This document shows, piece after piece, positions 47,212-57,890 of a DNA stretch of 64,000 nucleotides. A program made the position numbers and the translations under genes. How positions within the stretch are numbered: position 1 is the stretch's first letter; every line of letters begins with the position of its first letter. Below the pieces are notes generated by a model. That model was not told where the DNA came from. It saw only the letters and a list, made by a program, of their open reading frames with translations, and did no database searches. This DNA comes from Longimicrobiales bacterium (GTDB lineage Bacteria > Gemmatimonadota > Gemmatimonadetes > Longimicrobiales > Gaopeijiaceae), in assembly GCA_965219445.1 (NCBI GenBank), contig CBDCNQ010000002.1, forward strand, positions 448,001 through 512,000, given 5' to 3'.

Positions 47212-48510
47212 CTAATCACCAGCCGTGGCTCCTTCGCCCACGATCACTCCCTGGCCACCAGCCGAAGGCCCCGACGCGGCCGCTTTATACCCCACCGCCG
47301 CACCCTCGATGATTCGGCCACGATCGAGGAAGAAAACGAATGCCACCGTACAGATCGCACTGACGCCGGTGAGCGCCAGCCCGTGAGTAAATCTGGAAAC
47401 GCCAACCTGGTCCAAGACCAATATCGTCGTAGAAACGATCATGATGTACGCCAAGGCCGTGGGCAGCATGATCTTCCACCCCAACTGCATCACCTGGTCG
47501 TAGCGGAAACGTGGCAGCGTCCACCGAACCCAGATGTAGAAGACCAGGAAGAACCCCGTCTTTGCGGCAAAGCCGGCGAAGGTCAGCAATGTCTTCCAAA
47601 TGGCCGGCGCGGCAGCGATGGGAGCACCCGACGCGTCGAAGCCCCGAATCAGCTCGCCCTGGAACCAGAAGGCATCGTCCCACGAACCGGGCAAATCCCA
47701 CCCACCGAAAAAGAGTGTAGCCATGAGTGCCGCTGCCGTCAGCATGTGCGCGTATTCGGCGATGAAGAACATGGAGAACTTCATCGCGGAATATTCGGTG
47801 TGAAAGCCCGTGATGAGCTCTGACTCCGCCTCAGGCATATCGAACGGCAACCGGTTCGTCTCGGCGAACGCCGACACGACGAACAGGATGAACCCCAGAG
47901 AAAGGGGGAGTGCAAACCAGAGGCCCAACTGCTGCTGTTGCCAAACGATCTCCGTGAGCGTGACGCTGCCGGCCATCATGATCACCACAATCAGGCTCAG
48001 GCCGAGGGCGACTTCGTAGCTGACCATCTGGGCCGAAGCCCGAAGGGCACCCAAGAAGGCATACTTATTGTTGGATGCCCAGCCCCCGATCACGATCCCG
48101 TACACGCCCAGTGAGCTGAGCGCGAGAATGTAGAGGAGGCCGATCGGAACGTCGGCGATGATCATGTCGACGACCCCCCACGGTGTGGGGAGCGGTGCGG
48201 CGAAGGGCACCACCGCGAACGTAACCAGCGCAGGAACCATCGCCAGCATCGGCCCGAGCATGAAGTAAAACTTCGAGGCGGCTCCGGGAAGCGCTTCTTC
48301 CTTGACGAGGTTCTTTAGCCCATCCGCAATCGGCTGAAGCAGCCCGAACGGTCCGACGCGATTGGGGCCGAGCCGGTCCTGGATGAACGCAGAAATCCGC
48401 CGCTCGGCGAGCGTCGTGTAGGCCACCGTCAACATCACCACGCCGAACATGATGGCGACCTTGAGTGATGAGGCCAGGAGGAGCGGCAGACCGGCAATCG
48501 GAGTGTTCAC
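47212..48510 (-). CDS. nuoH: NADH-quinone oxidoreductase subunit H
   Basis: GPNRVGP, AETNRLPFD, PRFRYDQ. Confidence 0.96.
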   Translation of the reverse strand: MNTPIAGLPLLLASSLKVAIMFGVVMLTVAYTTLAERRISAFIQDRLGPNRVGPFGLLQPIADGLKNLVKEEALPGAASKFYFMLGPMLAMVPALVTFAVVPFAAPLPTPWGVVDMIIADVPIGLLYILALSSLGVYGIVIGGWASNNKYAFLGALRASAQMVSYEVALGLSLIVVIMMAGSVTLTEIVWQQQQLGLWFALPLSLGFILFVVSAFAETNRLPFDMPEAESELITGFHTEYSAMKFSMFFIAEYAHMLTAAALMATLFFGGWDLPGSWDDAFWFQGELIRGFDASGAPIAAAPAIWKTLLTFAGFAAKTGFFLVFYIWVRWTLPRFRYDQVMQLGWKIMLPTALAYIMIVSTTILVLDQVGVSRFTHGLALTGVSAICTVAFVFFLDRGRIIEGAAVGYKAAASGPSAGGQGVIVGEGATAGD

Positions 48511-48511
48511 G

Positions 48512-50140
48512 TCAGTCCGCCACCACGGGTACCCGTGCTCCGGGCGGCCCACCCTGGGCGCCGATCGTTTCGTAATCCAGTCCCCTATACGACTCTACCA
48601 CGTCGGCCACCAGACCGAAGGCCTGCTCAGCGCTACGCGGCCCCTCCTCATCTTGGATTGCACCCAAGAGCGCCCCCAGCACTAACCACGCGGGGCGAGC
48701 CGCTCCGGGGCCCGACAGCGCAGGCCAGAACCGTTGCACGCGTCCTACATGGTTCGTGAAGGTCCCTTCTTGTTCCGCGAACGTGGTGACCGGCAACTGG
48801 AAGTCGGCCGAGGCGAGAGCCGCAGACGTGTACGCACCCACATACAGCACCAGTGCTGCGTTGGGGGCGAAGCCCTCGGGCTGATCGTCGAGTGCGTCCC
48901 CGAGGACCAGAACCACGCCGTCGTACTCCGCAAAGTCGTCCAGCCCCCCCTGCCCTGCGTCGTCGCCCACCCTCTCACATCCGAGCAATTCAGCACCCTG
49001 CTCATTGGGCGCCAGCCCTTTCCGGCGTGCCAACCCCTCGTATCCTCGTAGCGCGACCTCTTCATCGGCTCGCGGAGAGCGAAAGACCACCGCGCCGTCA
49101 CCAAGAGTCCGGACCAGGCGCGACACCGCTCCGAGATCCTCATTCGACCAGAAGGGCGACACGACCGCTTTCACCGAACTTGCGCGCAGTGTGTCGACTC
49201 GCGCCTTCAACGCCTCGAGCGCCTCCGTCCAGCCCATCGCCGTTTTGCGGCCCTCGGCGTGCATGACCGGTGCCTCCAGCCGGTCGCCCCTGTTCAGCCA
49301 TTCGTACCGACCACGTCCGTAGTCGCAGATCCAATGCCCGTTCACCTCCGGGTTGGTTCGAGGCTTCATGCGATGTACCAGGTTGTCCCTGGTGTGCAGC
49401 TCGATGTTGCACCCCTGGCTGCAATTCGGGCAGATCGAGGGCGTGTGATCGAGGTCCCACGCTCGGGCCCTGTGGAGGAAGTCCTTCGACACGAGCGCGC
49501 CCACGGGGCAGATATCCACCACGTTCCCGGCCCATTCGGCCTGTTCCAGCCCCTTGTCGAAGAATGTGTCGATCACCGAACGGCTCCCCCGCTCTACCAC
49601 TGTGAGCAACGGCTTTTCCTCGACCTCCTCCATGAAGCGGACGCAGCGTGTGCACATCACACAGCGATCCCCGTAGAAGAGGACGTCCCCTCCAAAGTCG
49701 TCGCGTCCCAGCACACGCTTCGCGTCACGCCCCCGACCGTGCTCCCGACCCTCGGCGAACACGAAGTCCTGGAGGTCGCACTCACCCGACTGGTCACAGA
49801 TTGGACAGTCGAGGGGATGGTTCAGCAGGTAGAACTCCAGTACACCACGCCGCATCCGCGTGGCGTTGTCGCTCTGGGTGCGTACCACTTGCCCCTCAGC
49901 CACGGTGGTTGTGCACGACGGAAGCAGCTTGGGTGCGCCCTCCACCTCGACGAGACAGAGGCGGCACATGGCCGGTGACGAAAGACCCGGGTGATAACAG
50001 TAGTGCGGCACCTCCGTGCCGGCGCCCTGCGCCGCCTGAAGAAGTGTCGTCCCCTGAGGCACCGTGACCTCTTGCCCGTCTATCGACAGTGTCACCTTCT
50101 CCACGTCGGAGCCGTCGATTTTGGTAGTCTTGTCGGCCAT
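48512..50140 (-). CDS. nuoG: NADH-quinone oxidoreductase subunit G (short form)
   Basis: CYHP..CRLC, HPLDCPICD, CVMCTRC, CPNCSQGC. Confidence 0.93.
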   Translation of the reverse strand: MADKTTKIDGSDVEKVTLSIDGQEVTVPQGTTLLQAAQGAGTEVPHYCYHPGLSSPAMCRLCLVEVEGAPKLLPSCTTTVAEGQVVRTQSDNATRMRRGVLEFYLLNHPLDCPICDQSGECDLQDFVFAEGREHGRGRDAKRVLGRDDFGGDVLFYGDRCVMCTRCVRFMEEVEEKPLLTVVERGSRSVIDTFFDKGLEQAEWAGNVVDICPVGALVSKDFLHRARAWDLDHTPSICPNCSQGCNIELHTRDNLVHRMKPRTNPEVNGHWICDYGRGRYEWLNRGDRLEAPVMHAEGRKTAMGWTEALEALKARVDTLRASSVKAVVSPFWSNEDLGAVSRLVRTLGDGAVVFRSPRADEEVALRGYEGLARRKGLAPNEQGAELLGCERVGDDAGQGGLDDFAEYDGVVLVLGDALDDQPEGFAPNAALVLYVGAYTSAALASADFQLPVTTFAEQEGTFTNHVGRVQRFWPALSGPGAARPAWLVLGALLGAIQDEEGPRSAEQAFGLVADVVESYRGLDYETIGAQGGPPGARVPVVAD

Positions 50141-50144
50141 CGCG

Positions 50145-51437
50145 CTACGCGGCCCCCACCCGCTCGCCGCGGCGGATCAAAGCAAGGTATTCGTCTCTGA
50201 ACTTCTCGATGGAAGACTGCACGGGAGCGGCCACCGAATCCGAAAGCACGCAGATGGTCGTGCCGGTCATCTGCTCGCTGACTTCGACGAGCGTGTCGAG
50301 GTCGTCTTCGGTCCCGCGTCCATCCTCTATGCGCTTGAGGATCGTGGTGACCCAAGCGGTGCCCTCACGGCACGGCGTGCACTGGCCGCACGACTCGTGC
50401 GCGTAGAACGACGCCATGCGCATGACCTGATGCACGATGTCCGTGGTCTCGTCCATGACGATCACGGATGCACACCCCAGCATTGATCCGGCCTCGACCA
50501 CCCCTTCATAAGAGAGCAAGCAGTTCATTGACTCCTCGGCGGACAGGAGCGGAACTGAGCTGCCACCCGGGATGACCGCCTTCAGCGCCCGATCCTTGAT
50601 CATGCCACCACACACGTCGTAGATGAGATCCTTGAGCGGGAAGCCGAGCGGAAGCTCGTAGTTACCCGGACGCCTCACATGACCGCTCACGCAGAACAGC
50701 TTGGTCCCCGGACTCTTCTCCGAGCCCCACTGCCGGTACCACTCACCCCCGTTCGCGACGATGGGCGGGATCGCCGCAAGAGTTTCGACGTTGTTGATGG
50801 TCGTCGGCATTCCGAAGGCACCGACGGCGGCCGGAAATGGTGGCTTTACACGCGGCTCCCCCCGACGCCCCTCGAGAGAGTTCATCAGGCCGGTTTCTTC
50901 GCCGCAGATGTATGCACCCGCACCCGCAAAAACCGTCACATCGATCTTCTGCCCGGAACCCAGGACGTCGTCGCCGAGAATGCCCGCCTCGTATGCGTCC
51001 TCGACCGCCTTCGCCATAACCTGATTCGCTTCGAAGAACTCACCACGGCAGTAGATGTACACATGCTCGGCACCCATCGCATAGGCGCCGATGACACACC
51101 CTTCGATGAGCAGATGCGGCACCCAGCGCAGAAGTTCACGGTCCTTGAATGTACCGGGCTCGGATTCGTCCGCGTTGCAGAGCAGATAATGGGGCTTGGC
51201 CTTGTCCTTGGGCATGAAGCTCCACTTGAGCCCGGTCGGGAAGCCGGCCCCTCCCCGTCCGCGCAGCCCCGACGCCTTGACGATCTCCACCACGTCCTCG
51301 GGGCTCATGTCCAAAGCCTGCTTCAAGGCCTCGTAGCCCCCGCGCGCCTCCCAACCGTCCAGCGTCCGGGCCTCGGGGTCACCAAAATACTTGGAAAGAA
51401 TCGGGACTTCCTGTTCGTGGCTATACGGGTACCCCAT
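50145..51437 (-). CDS. nuoF: NADH-quinone oxidoreductase subunit F
   Basis: GRGGAGFP, NADESEPG, ESCGQCTPCREG. Confidence 0.96.
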   Translation of the reverse strand: MGYPYSHEQEVPILSKYFGDPEARTLDGWEARGGYEALKQALDMSPEDVVEIVKASGLRGRGGAGFPTGLKWSFMPKDKAKPHYLLCNADESEPGTFKDRELLRWVPHLLIEGCVIGAYAMGAEHVYIYCRGEFFEANQVMAKAVEDAYEAGILGDDVLGSGQKIDVTVFAGAGAYICGEETGLMNSLEGRRGEPRVKPPFPAAVGAFGMPTTINNVETLAAIPPIVANGGEWYRQWGSEKSPGTKLFCVSGHVRRPGNYELPLGFPLKDLIYDVCGGMIKDRALKAVIPGGSSVPLLSAEESMNCLLSYEGVVEAGSMLGCASVIVMDETTDIVHQVMRMASFYAHESCGQCTPCREGTAWVTTILKRIEDGRGTEDDLDTLVEVSEQMTGTTICVLSDSVAAPVQSSIEKFRDEYLALIRRGERVGAA

Positions 51438-51441
51438 GTGA

Positions 51442-52131
51442 CTATCCCTCACCCTCCGGCCCCGTCGAGTAAGCCGCGCCAGCTCCCCACTCCCGCAAGT
51501 GAGCTACGATCCGCGGAACCTCCTCGAGGGTCACGTTCTCGTAGTACCGGGAGTTGATCTGCACACAGGTGGGAAAGCCACAGCCTGCCAGACACTCGGC
51601 CTCGATCACCGTAAAGGCGCCGTCGAGGGAGGTCGCGCCCATCTCGGTGTTCGTGTGCTCCAGAAACGCCTCGAGCACATCCTCGGCGCCACAGAGGTTG
51701 CAGCTGATGTTGGTACACACCTGCACGAGGTGCCGTCCCACTGGGCGCTTGTTGTACATCGTGTAGAAGGTCGCCACCCCACGCACGTACGCGGACGAAA
51801 GCTCGAGGAGCTCCCCCACCCGATCCATGGTCTCGGGGGAGATGTGCCCGCGTACCTCCTGGGCCAGATTGAGAGCCGGCAGCAGCGCAGCGCGCTTGTT
51901 CGGATATCTGGTCAGGATTTTCTTGAGGCGTGCTTCATACGGCCCTTCGAAGAGGGGCGCATCTGGATCCTTCTCCTCCAACATGTACGGGTAGGTGGCC
52001 GATCCCGCAGCGTGCCCGCCTTCCAGCGGACGGACCCCCACGAAGTCGATCCCCCGAACCTGCTCTTCGGTCAGATCGTACTCGCCCACATTCCCCGCCC
52101 AACCCGGGTTCTTGAAGGGAATCTCGCTCAT
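51442..52131 (-). CDS. nuoE: NADH-quinone oxidoreductase subunit E
   Basis: VATFY, CTNISC, CLAGC; N-terminal extension; ATGA overlap with nuoD. Confidence 0.93.
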   Translation of the reverse strand: MSEIPFKNPGWAGNVGEYDLTEEQVRGIDFVGVRPLEGGHAAGSATYPYMLEEKDPDAPLFEGPYEARLKKILTRYPNKRAALLPALNLAQEVRGHISPETMDRVGELLELSSAYVRGVATFYTMYNKRPVGRHLVQVCTNISCNLCGAEDVLEAFLEHTNTEMGATSLDGAFTVIEAECLAGCGFPTCVQINSRYYENVTLEEVPRIVAHLREWGAGAAYSTGPEGEG

Positions 52132-53333
52132 CGATCGATCTCCCCGAGCACGATGTCCAGCGAGGCGTTGATCATGATGAGATCGGAGACCAAGTGCCCT
52201 TCGGCCAGCTTGGCGATCACCGAAAGATTCACGAACGAAGGGGGACGAATTCTCCACCGCACCGGCTTCTCGCCTCCGTCACTCACGACGTACATCCCGA
52301 GCTCCCCCTTCGAGCCCTCCACCGCGAAGTAACAGTCACCGGCCGGAACCGCGATGCCCTCCGTGATCAACTTGAAGTGATGGATCATCGACTCCATGTC
52401 GTTCATGCAATCGGTCTTGCTCGGCAAGGAAACACGAGGATCCGCTACGTTGATCGGCCCATCCGGAAGGCGGTCGAGCGCCTGCTCGAGGATGCGCAAG
52501 CTTTGGCGCATCTCCTCCATACGCACCAAATATCGGTCGTAGCAGTCTCCGTTTTCCCCGATCGGGACGTCGAAATCGTACGTCTCGTAGTCGTAATAGG
52601 GATTGTCCTTGCGCAGATCGTAGTCCACGCCGGAGGCTCTGAGGTTCGGGCCCGTGAACCCGTGGTTGATCGCGTCCTCACCGGAGATCACTCCGATGTC
52701 GAGTGTGCGTCCGAGATGGATTCCGTTCGTGGTCAGAAGTGAATCGATCTCGTCCAGTGTTTTCGGGAAAGTCTTCACGAAGTCGCGGAGCGAGTCGGTC
52801 CAGCCGTCAGGGAAATCCGCCATCATTCCGCCGACCCTGGTGGCCGACGTGGTGATGCGTGCTCCCGTGTAGTCCTCATGGAGTTTGTAGATGCGCTCCC
52901 GTTCCTGAAACGCGTACAGGAAGGGCGTGAAAGCCCCCACGTCGATGGCGGTCGTCCCGAGCCAGAGCAGGTGGCTGAAGATCCGGTTCATTTCCATGCA
53001 GAGCACACGGGCGACCTTGCATCGCTCCGTCACCTCGAGGCCCATGAGTTTCTCGACCGCCATGACGTAAACGCAGTTGTACATCAGCGGCGCCAAGTAG
53101 TCCATGCGGTCCGTGAGCGGAACGATCTGATTCCAGGTCCGGTACTCGCCGAGCTTCTCGAAGGAAGAATGGAGGAAGCCGATATCGGGCGTCACCTTGA
53201 GCACGGTCTCGCCATCAAGTTCACAAATTAGCCGCAGAACGCCATGGGTGGCGGGGTGTTGCGGCCCGATGTTGATAAGCATGGGCTCCGAACGAGCGCC
53301 CGCCTCCGGAAGCTCCAGGATCTTCTCCGTCAA
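52128..53333 (-). CDS. nuoD: NADH-quinone oxidoreductase subunit D
   Basis: GPQHPATHGVLRL, RMDY, GEIDR. Confidence 0.96.
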   Translation of the reverse strand: MTEKILELPEAGARSEPMLINIGPQHPATHGVLRLICELDGETVLKVTPDIGFLHSSFEKLGEYRTWNQIVPLTDRMDYLAPLMYNCVYVMAVEKLMGLEVTERCKVARVLCMEMNRIFSHLLWLGTTAIDVGAFTPFLYAFQERERIYKLHEDYTGARITTSATRVGGMMADFPDGWTDSLRDFVKTFPKTLDEIDSLLTTNGIHLGRTLDIGVISGEDAINHGFTGPNLRASGVDYDLRKDNPYYDYETYDFDVPIGENGDCYDRYLVRMEEMRQSLRILEQALDRLPDGPINVADPRVSLPSKTDCMNDMESMIHHFKLITEGIAVPAGDCYFAVEGSKGELGMYVVSDGGEKPVRWRIRPPSFVNLSVIAKLAEGHLVSDLIMINASLDIVLGEIDR

Positions 53334-54031
53334 GGCGCGTCCTCGGCCGGGTCCGTTGAGCGGTCAGGCTCAGGAGGCACCAGCCCGGGGACGCCACCCA
53401 CCTCCAACTCTTCCGGCGTATAGTCGTCGTGATAATCCTGAGACAGTGCACGCCTCGTCTGCTCCGCCCTCGAAAAGCGCCCCCGCAAAGGGAAGTCCTT
53501 CCTGAGGGGATGGCCTTCCGCGTAGTTCTGCGGCATCAAAATCCGGCGAAGATCCGGGTGGTCCCTGAACTCCACACCAAACAGGTCGTAGACCTCCCGC
53601 TCGAGCCAATTCGCGGCCTTCCAAAGCTGGACCACGCTGTCGATGGAGAGCCCGTCGAGGGGCAGCTCACATTTGACTCGCAGCGCCCGCTTGTGGGCCA
53701 CGGACCACAACTGATACACGATCTGTAGCGGCCTTCCGCCCCCGTAATCGATGGCTGTCACGTCGACAAGGAGATCATAGTGCTGCTCAGGATCATCCTT
53801 TAGCCACTCCAACACCGCTCGGTTACTGTCAGCATCTACAAACACGACGTGCTGATCGCCCGCCTGCACTTCATGGCGGAGTACGGTCGAGCCGAATCGG
53901 CCTTGAAGCCCCGTCACCGACGGGTGTTCCGCTGGGTCGCCACCGCCACCGCGAGGCGCGTCCGTGCGGCGGTCTGAGACCTCCGGGCCCTGCTCGACCG
54001 AGTCGAACGCGGATCCACTCTCGTCCACCAT
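53330..54031 (-). CDS. nuoC: NADH-quinone oxidoreductase subunit C
   Basis: WLEREVYDLFG, HPLRKDFPL; likely ATG at 54031. Confidence 0.93.
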   Translation of the reverse strand: MVDESGSAFDSVEQGPEVSDRRTDAPRGGGGDPAEHPSVTGLQGRFGSTVLRHEVQAGDQHVVFVDADSNRAVLEWLKDDPEQHYDLLVDVTAIDYGGGRPLQIVYQLWSVAHKRALRVKCELPLDGLSIDSVVQLWKAANWLEREVYDLFGVEFRDHPDLRRILMPQNYAEGHPLRKDFPLRGRFSRAEQTRRALSQDYHDDYTPEELEVGGVPGLVPPEPDRSTDPAEDAP

Positions 54032-54033
54032 GC

Positions 54034-54747
54034 CTAGGGGAGCAAGTCCTCGGAGCGCTCCGGGCGCGTGGTCTGAGCGGGGGAACTGAGTTGCTCCTGC
54101 TGGGTCGAGTTTCCGAACGGGCCCGCCAGCGCCGCGACCTCTTCGTCGTCGGCATGGGGGCGCCCCACGAGGGCCGGATTTTCCGCCCTGAGGCCGTAGT
54201 GCTCCGACAGGCTCTCGTGGCGAATCTTCTCTTGGATCATCATCAAACCGTAGATGAGACCCTCGGGACGCGGCGGGCAGCCGGGAACGTAGACGTCGAC
54301 GGGGATGATGGTGTCGATCCCCTGGACCATGGAATATGTGTCGAACACGCCTCCCGAACTCGCACACGCACCCATCGAGATACACCACTTTGGCTGCATC
54401 ATCTGGTCCCAGATCCGCCGCAAGACCGGCGCGAGCTTGTAGGGAACCCGACCAGCACAAATCAGCACGTCGGCCTGACGGGGACTGAACGACATACGCT
54501 CCATTCCGAAGCGAGCCAGATCGAAGTTCGAAGCGGCCGAAGCCATCATCTCGATGGCGCAGCAAGCCGTACCGAAGGGCATGGGCCAGAGTGAATTTCG
54601 TCGAGCCCAGTTGACGACGAAATCCACCTTCGTGGTGAGGAATGTGGGGCTTCCGAAGCCGAGAAGTCCGCCCTGTCGCCCTTCCGCCTGGCCCAACGCC
54701 TCAACCTCCGTGACGCTCAGTGGATCTCCGCTCCCACTGTCTCTCAT
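54034..54747 (-). CDS. nuoB: NADH-quinone oxidoreductase subunit B
   Basis: ACCAIEM, SPRQAD, GCPPRPE; ATGA overlap with nuoA. Confidence 0.95.
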   Translation of the reverse strand: MRDSGSGDPLSVTEVEALGQAEGRQGGLLGFGSPTFLTTKVDFVVNWARRNSLWPMPFGTACCAIEMMASAASNFDLARFGMERMSFSPRQADVLICAGRVPYKLAPVLRRIWDQMMQPKWCISMGACASSGGVFDTYSMVQGIDTIIPVDVYVPGCPPRPEGLIYGLMMIQEKIRHESLSEHYGLRAENPALVGRPHADDEEVAALAGPFGNSTQQEQLSSPAQTTRPERSEDLLP

Positions 54748-55100
54748 TCCCATTCGAGACCCCCCTTCTTCCACTCGTAGACCAGCCCCAAGGCCAAAAC
54801 GGCGACGAAAAGACTTACCGCCACGAACGGACCCCACCCCAGCTCCCTCATTTCGACCGCCCACGGGATCAGGAAGATCGTCTCCAGATCGAAGACGATG
54901 AAACTGATCGCGACCATATAGAATTTCACCGAAAAACGAAGGCGTGCGTCCCCGAGCGGGATCATTCCGGACTCGTAGGGCATGGATTTTTGTGGGGTCG
55001 GCCGCCGGGGGCTCAGAATATGGGAGGCGATCCCCATTCCCAGCGCGTTTACGACGGATACGCCGAACAGGATCAGAAGCGGGATATATGATCCCGACAT
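54744..55100 (-). CDS. nuoA: NADH-quinone oxidoreductase subunit A
   Basis: [21 protein letters not shown]. Confidence 0.96.
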   Translation of the reverse strand: MSGSYIPLLILFGVSVVNALGMGIASHILSPRRPTPQKSMPYESGMIPLGDARLRFSVKFYMVAISFIVFDLETIFLIPWAVEMRELGWGPFVAVSLFVAVLALGLVYEWKKGGLEWE

Positions 55101-55119
55101 GGCGGCCTTTGGACGTGGC

Positions 55120-55137
55120 TTGTGAAATCGTTCACTT
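55120..55137. promoter_or_regulatory. Rex-like operator upstream of nuoA
   Basis: TTGTGAA-ATCG-TTCACTT versus Rex consensus TTGTGAA-N4-TTCACAA (12/14), 20 nt from the nuoA start. Confidence 0.7.
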
Positions 55138-55317
55138 GTGTACCACCTTAAGGTATTCCAAGGCTCGAACGAGTGTCAACCCGATTTCAGTCCTACTTGG
55201 GGGGACCATCATATTGTCGGCGCCCGAGGGGTGCATCGCAGGGGGTGTGCGGGTCCCTCCCAAGCCCTTATTCTGCCCGTCGAAGAGACGGTTTTCCTAT
55301 CAACCTGACACCGAAAC

Positions 55318-55872
55318 ATGCCAATCAAGAGCGACCATTGGATCCGGCGGATGTCCGAAGAGCACGGCATGATCGAGCCCTTCGAGCCGAAACAGATAAA
55401 AGACGGCAACATCTCCTACGGCCTGTCTTCCTACGGCTACGACATCCGGGTGGCTGCCGAGTTCAAGGTCTTTACGAACGTCCACAATGTGATCGTCGAC
55501 CCCAAGAAGTTTGACGACCGTTCATTCGTGGACGTGACGGAGCCCGAATGCATCATTCCGCCGAATTCCTTTGCCTTGGCGAGAACCGAGGAATACTTCC
55601 GTATCCCGAGGAACGTCCTCGTCCTGTGCGTCGGGAAGAGCACGTACGCGCGATGTGGCATCATCGTGAACGTGACGCCCCTCGAGCCGACCTGGTGCGG
55701 ATACCTGACCCTCGAAATCTCGAATACGACGCCCCTTCCGGCGAAGATCTACGGAGGTGAGGGGATCGCTCAGCTGCTCTTCTTCGAGGGGGACCAGGAG
55801 CCGAGCGTGGCATATGCCGACCGACAGGGCAAGTACCAGGATCAGGTGGGTGTGACCCTTCCGAAATTATAG
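55318..55872 (+). CDS. dcd: dCTP deaminase
   Basis: [25 protein letters not shown]. Confidence 0.96.
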   Translation: MPIKSDHWIRRMSEEHGMIEPFEPKQIKDGNISYGLSSYGYDIRVAAEFKVFTNVHNVIVDPKKFDDRSFVDVTEPECIIPPNSFALARTEEYFRIPRNVLVLCVGKSTYARCGIIVNVTPLEPTWCGYLTLEISNTTPLPAKIYGGEGIAQLLFFEGDQEPSVAYADRQGKYQDQVGVTLPKL

Positions 55873-55877
55873 GTCCG

Positions 55878-56450
55878 ATGATCGACTCTCCACCATCACT
55901 AGGTGGCTACTGCGTCGTGGCCCAGGATCACCCCCTCCATGGCCCGTACCACGATGAGGAATACGGTTTTCCGCTTACCGACGACAATCGCCTCTTCGAG
56001 CGGCTCCTTCTCGAGATCAACCAGGCAGGCTTGTCGTGGCTGACGATCTTGAAGAAGAGGGAGGGTTTCCGGAGCGCCTACAACGACTTCGACGTTCGGA
56101 TCGTGGCCGACTACGGTGCCGCCGACCGGGCGCGCCTCATGGGAGACGCGAGAATCGTTCGAAATCGTCTGAAGATCGAAGCCGCCATCCACAACGCCGG
56201 CGTGTTCTCGAGCCTCCGTGAAACGTACGGCTCCGTCGCCGAGTGGCTGGCATCACACCATCCCAAGTCGAAAGAGGATTGGGTGCGGCTCTTCAAAAAG
56301 ACCTTTCGCTTCACGGGTGGCGAGATCACGGGTGAGTTCCTCATGAGCATCGGATACCTTCCGGGATCCCACGACCCGGCGTGCCCAATATACGATCGAA
56401 TTCTACGACTGAACCCTCCGTGGGCCCAAGTGACGTCCGGGGCATCATGA
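55878..56450 (+). CDS. tag: DNA-3-methyladenine glycosylase I
   Basis: YHDEEYG, QAGLSW, IVRNRLKI, H...C. Confidence 0.93.
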   Translation: MIDSPPSLGGYCVVAQDHPLHGPYHDEEYGFPLTDDNRLFERLLLEINQAGLSWLTILKKREGFRSAYNDFDVRIVADYGAADRARLMGDARIVRNRLKIEAAIHNAGVFSSLRETYGSVAEWLASHHPKSKEDWVRLFKKTFRFTGGEITGEFLMSIGYLPGSHDPACPIYDRILRLNPPWAQVTSGAS

Positions 56451-57538
56451 CCGAGGCAGTACCCGAGGGCCACGGGGAGGAGCATATCTGGACCGCCCGG
56501 CATTACTCACCTCCGTGGTGGTTGTCGAGCCCCCACGTTCAAACGCTGGCCGGGAAATTTCTCAGGGCGGCGCCGCGCAGGATGCTCACCGCCGAACGGA
56601 TCGAGACGCCGGACGGAGACTTCTTGGACATCGACTGGATGCCCGAAACCGATCCCTCGGCGCCCCTCGTGCTCGTGCTACACGGGCTGGAAGGCCACAC
56701 CAAGAGGGGGTACATGGTCCAGGCGTTCCTGGCGCTGGCGGACCGCGGAATGCGTGCCGTGGGACTGAACTTCCGTGGCTGTTCCGGAGAGGCGAACCGG
56801 ACCCCCCGCTTCTACCATTCTGGTGAGACCGAGGATGTCGGCTTCGTCCTCGATTTTCTGCGCGAGCGGTTGCCGGCCCGCCCGCTCATGGCACTCGGCT
56901 TTTCTCTCGGAGGAAATGTCCTCCTGAAATACCTCGGGGAGCAGGGAACGAAGAACGCCGCGCCGCTTTCAGCGGCTGTGGCAATCTCGGTTCCGTACGA
57001 CTTGTCGGCTGGAGCAGATGCTCTCGAGCGGGGCGGCATGGCCAAAATCTATGTCGACTACTTCCTCCGCTCTCTTTTGGCCAAGGTCCGCGCCAAGAGA
57101 GAAATCCTGGCGAACATCCTCGACCTCGACGCCGTGTGGGCTAGCACGACGCTACGCGAGTTCGACGACACTGCCACTGCCAAGCTTCATGGATTCACGG
57201 ACGCCGAGGATTACTATCAGAAATCCAGCTCGAACTGCTTCATCCCGTCGATCCGGGTCCCCACGCTGCTCCTTCACTCTCGGGACGATCCCTTTCTGCC
57301 TGCGGCGGCGCTTCCCCGGACTGCGATCGAGGCAAACCCATTTTTGACGCTGACCCTTACCGAGGGCGGCGGCCATGTAGGCTTCTTCGAGGGTGGACCG
57401 CCCTGGCATCCAGCCTTCTGGGCGGAGGAGCAAAGTGCGTCATTCCTAGCCCACCATCATCACAGGTCCTCGGTGATGACGGGTAACGGGAACCCCCGTG
57501 CGCCGGAATGGGTTGACCCGAACCCCGAGACTATCTAG
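56447..57538 (+). CDS. YheT-family alpha/beta hydrolase
   Basis: HVQT, HGLEG, GFSLGG, DDP, GGHVGF. Confidence 0.9.
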   Translation: MTEAVPEGHGEEHIWTARHYSPPWWLSSPHVQTLAGKFLRAAPRRMLTAERIETPDGDFLDIDWMPETDPSAPLVLVLHGLEGHTKRGYMVQAFLALADRGMRAVGLNFRGCSGEANRTPRFYHSGETEDVGFVLDFLRERLPARPLMALGFSLGGNVLLKYLGEQGTKNAAPLSAAVAISVPYDLSAGADALERGGMAKIYVDYFLRSLLAKVRAKREILANILDLDAVWASTTLREFDDTATAKLHGFTDAEDYYQKSSSNCFIPSIRVPTLLLHSRDDPFLPAAALPRTAIEANPFLTLTLTEGGGHVGFFEGGPPWHPAFWAEEQSASFLAHHHHRSSVMTGNGNPRAPEWVDPNPETI

Positions 57539-57617
57539 TGTGGCGAAGTCCGAAAGGATTGAGTGGGGTGCTGGCAAAACGTGAGCACCGAGCAACGATG
57601 GATGAGGGAGAAGTGGC

Positions 57618-57824
57618 ATGGCCGAGGGAACGGTAAAGTGGTTCAATGACAGCAAGGGTTTTGGATTCATCACGCCGGACGAGGGCGAGAAGGATTGCTT
57701 CGTGCATTATTCGGCAATCCAAGGAGACGGTTTTAAGAGCCTCGCCGAGGGGGACCGAGTACAGTTTGAGATCGGTGAGGGACCGAAGGGACCTGCTGCA
57801 GAGAACGTGACCCGACTCGGATAA
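57618..57824 (+). CDS. Cold-shock protein (CspA family)
   Basis: GTVKWFN, KGFGFI, FVHYSAI. Confidence 0.97.
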   Translation: MAEGTVKWFNDSKGFGFITPDEGEKDCFVHYSAIQGDGFKSLAEGDRVQFEIGEGPKGPAAENVTRLG

Positions 57825-57890
57825 GACCGCACGTCGGGCCTCCGGTCCAACGTGGCACCCTACTAGCAGTCACCCCAGCGCAGGGCTTCC

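Noticed and set aside
53330..54864. Extended N-termini of nuoC and nuoB in the ORF track
   Set aside because: They overlap upstream genes; downstream ATGs at 54031 and 54747 fit the operon packing.
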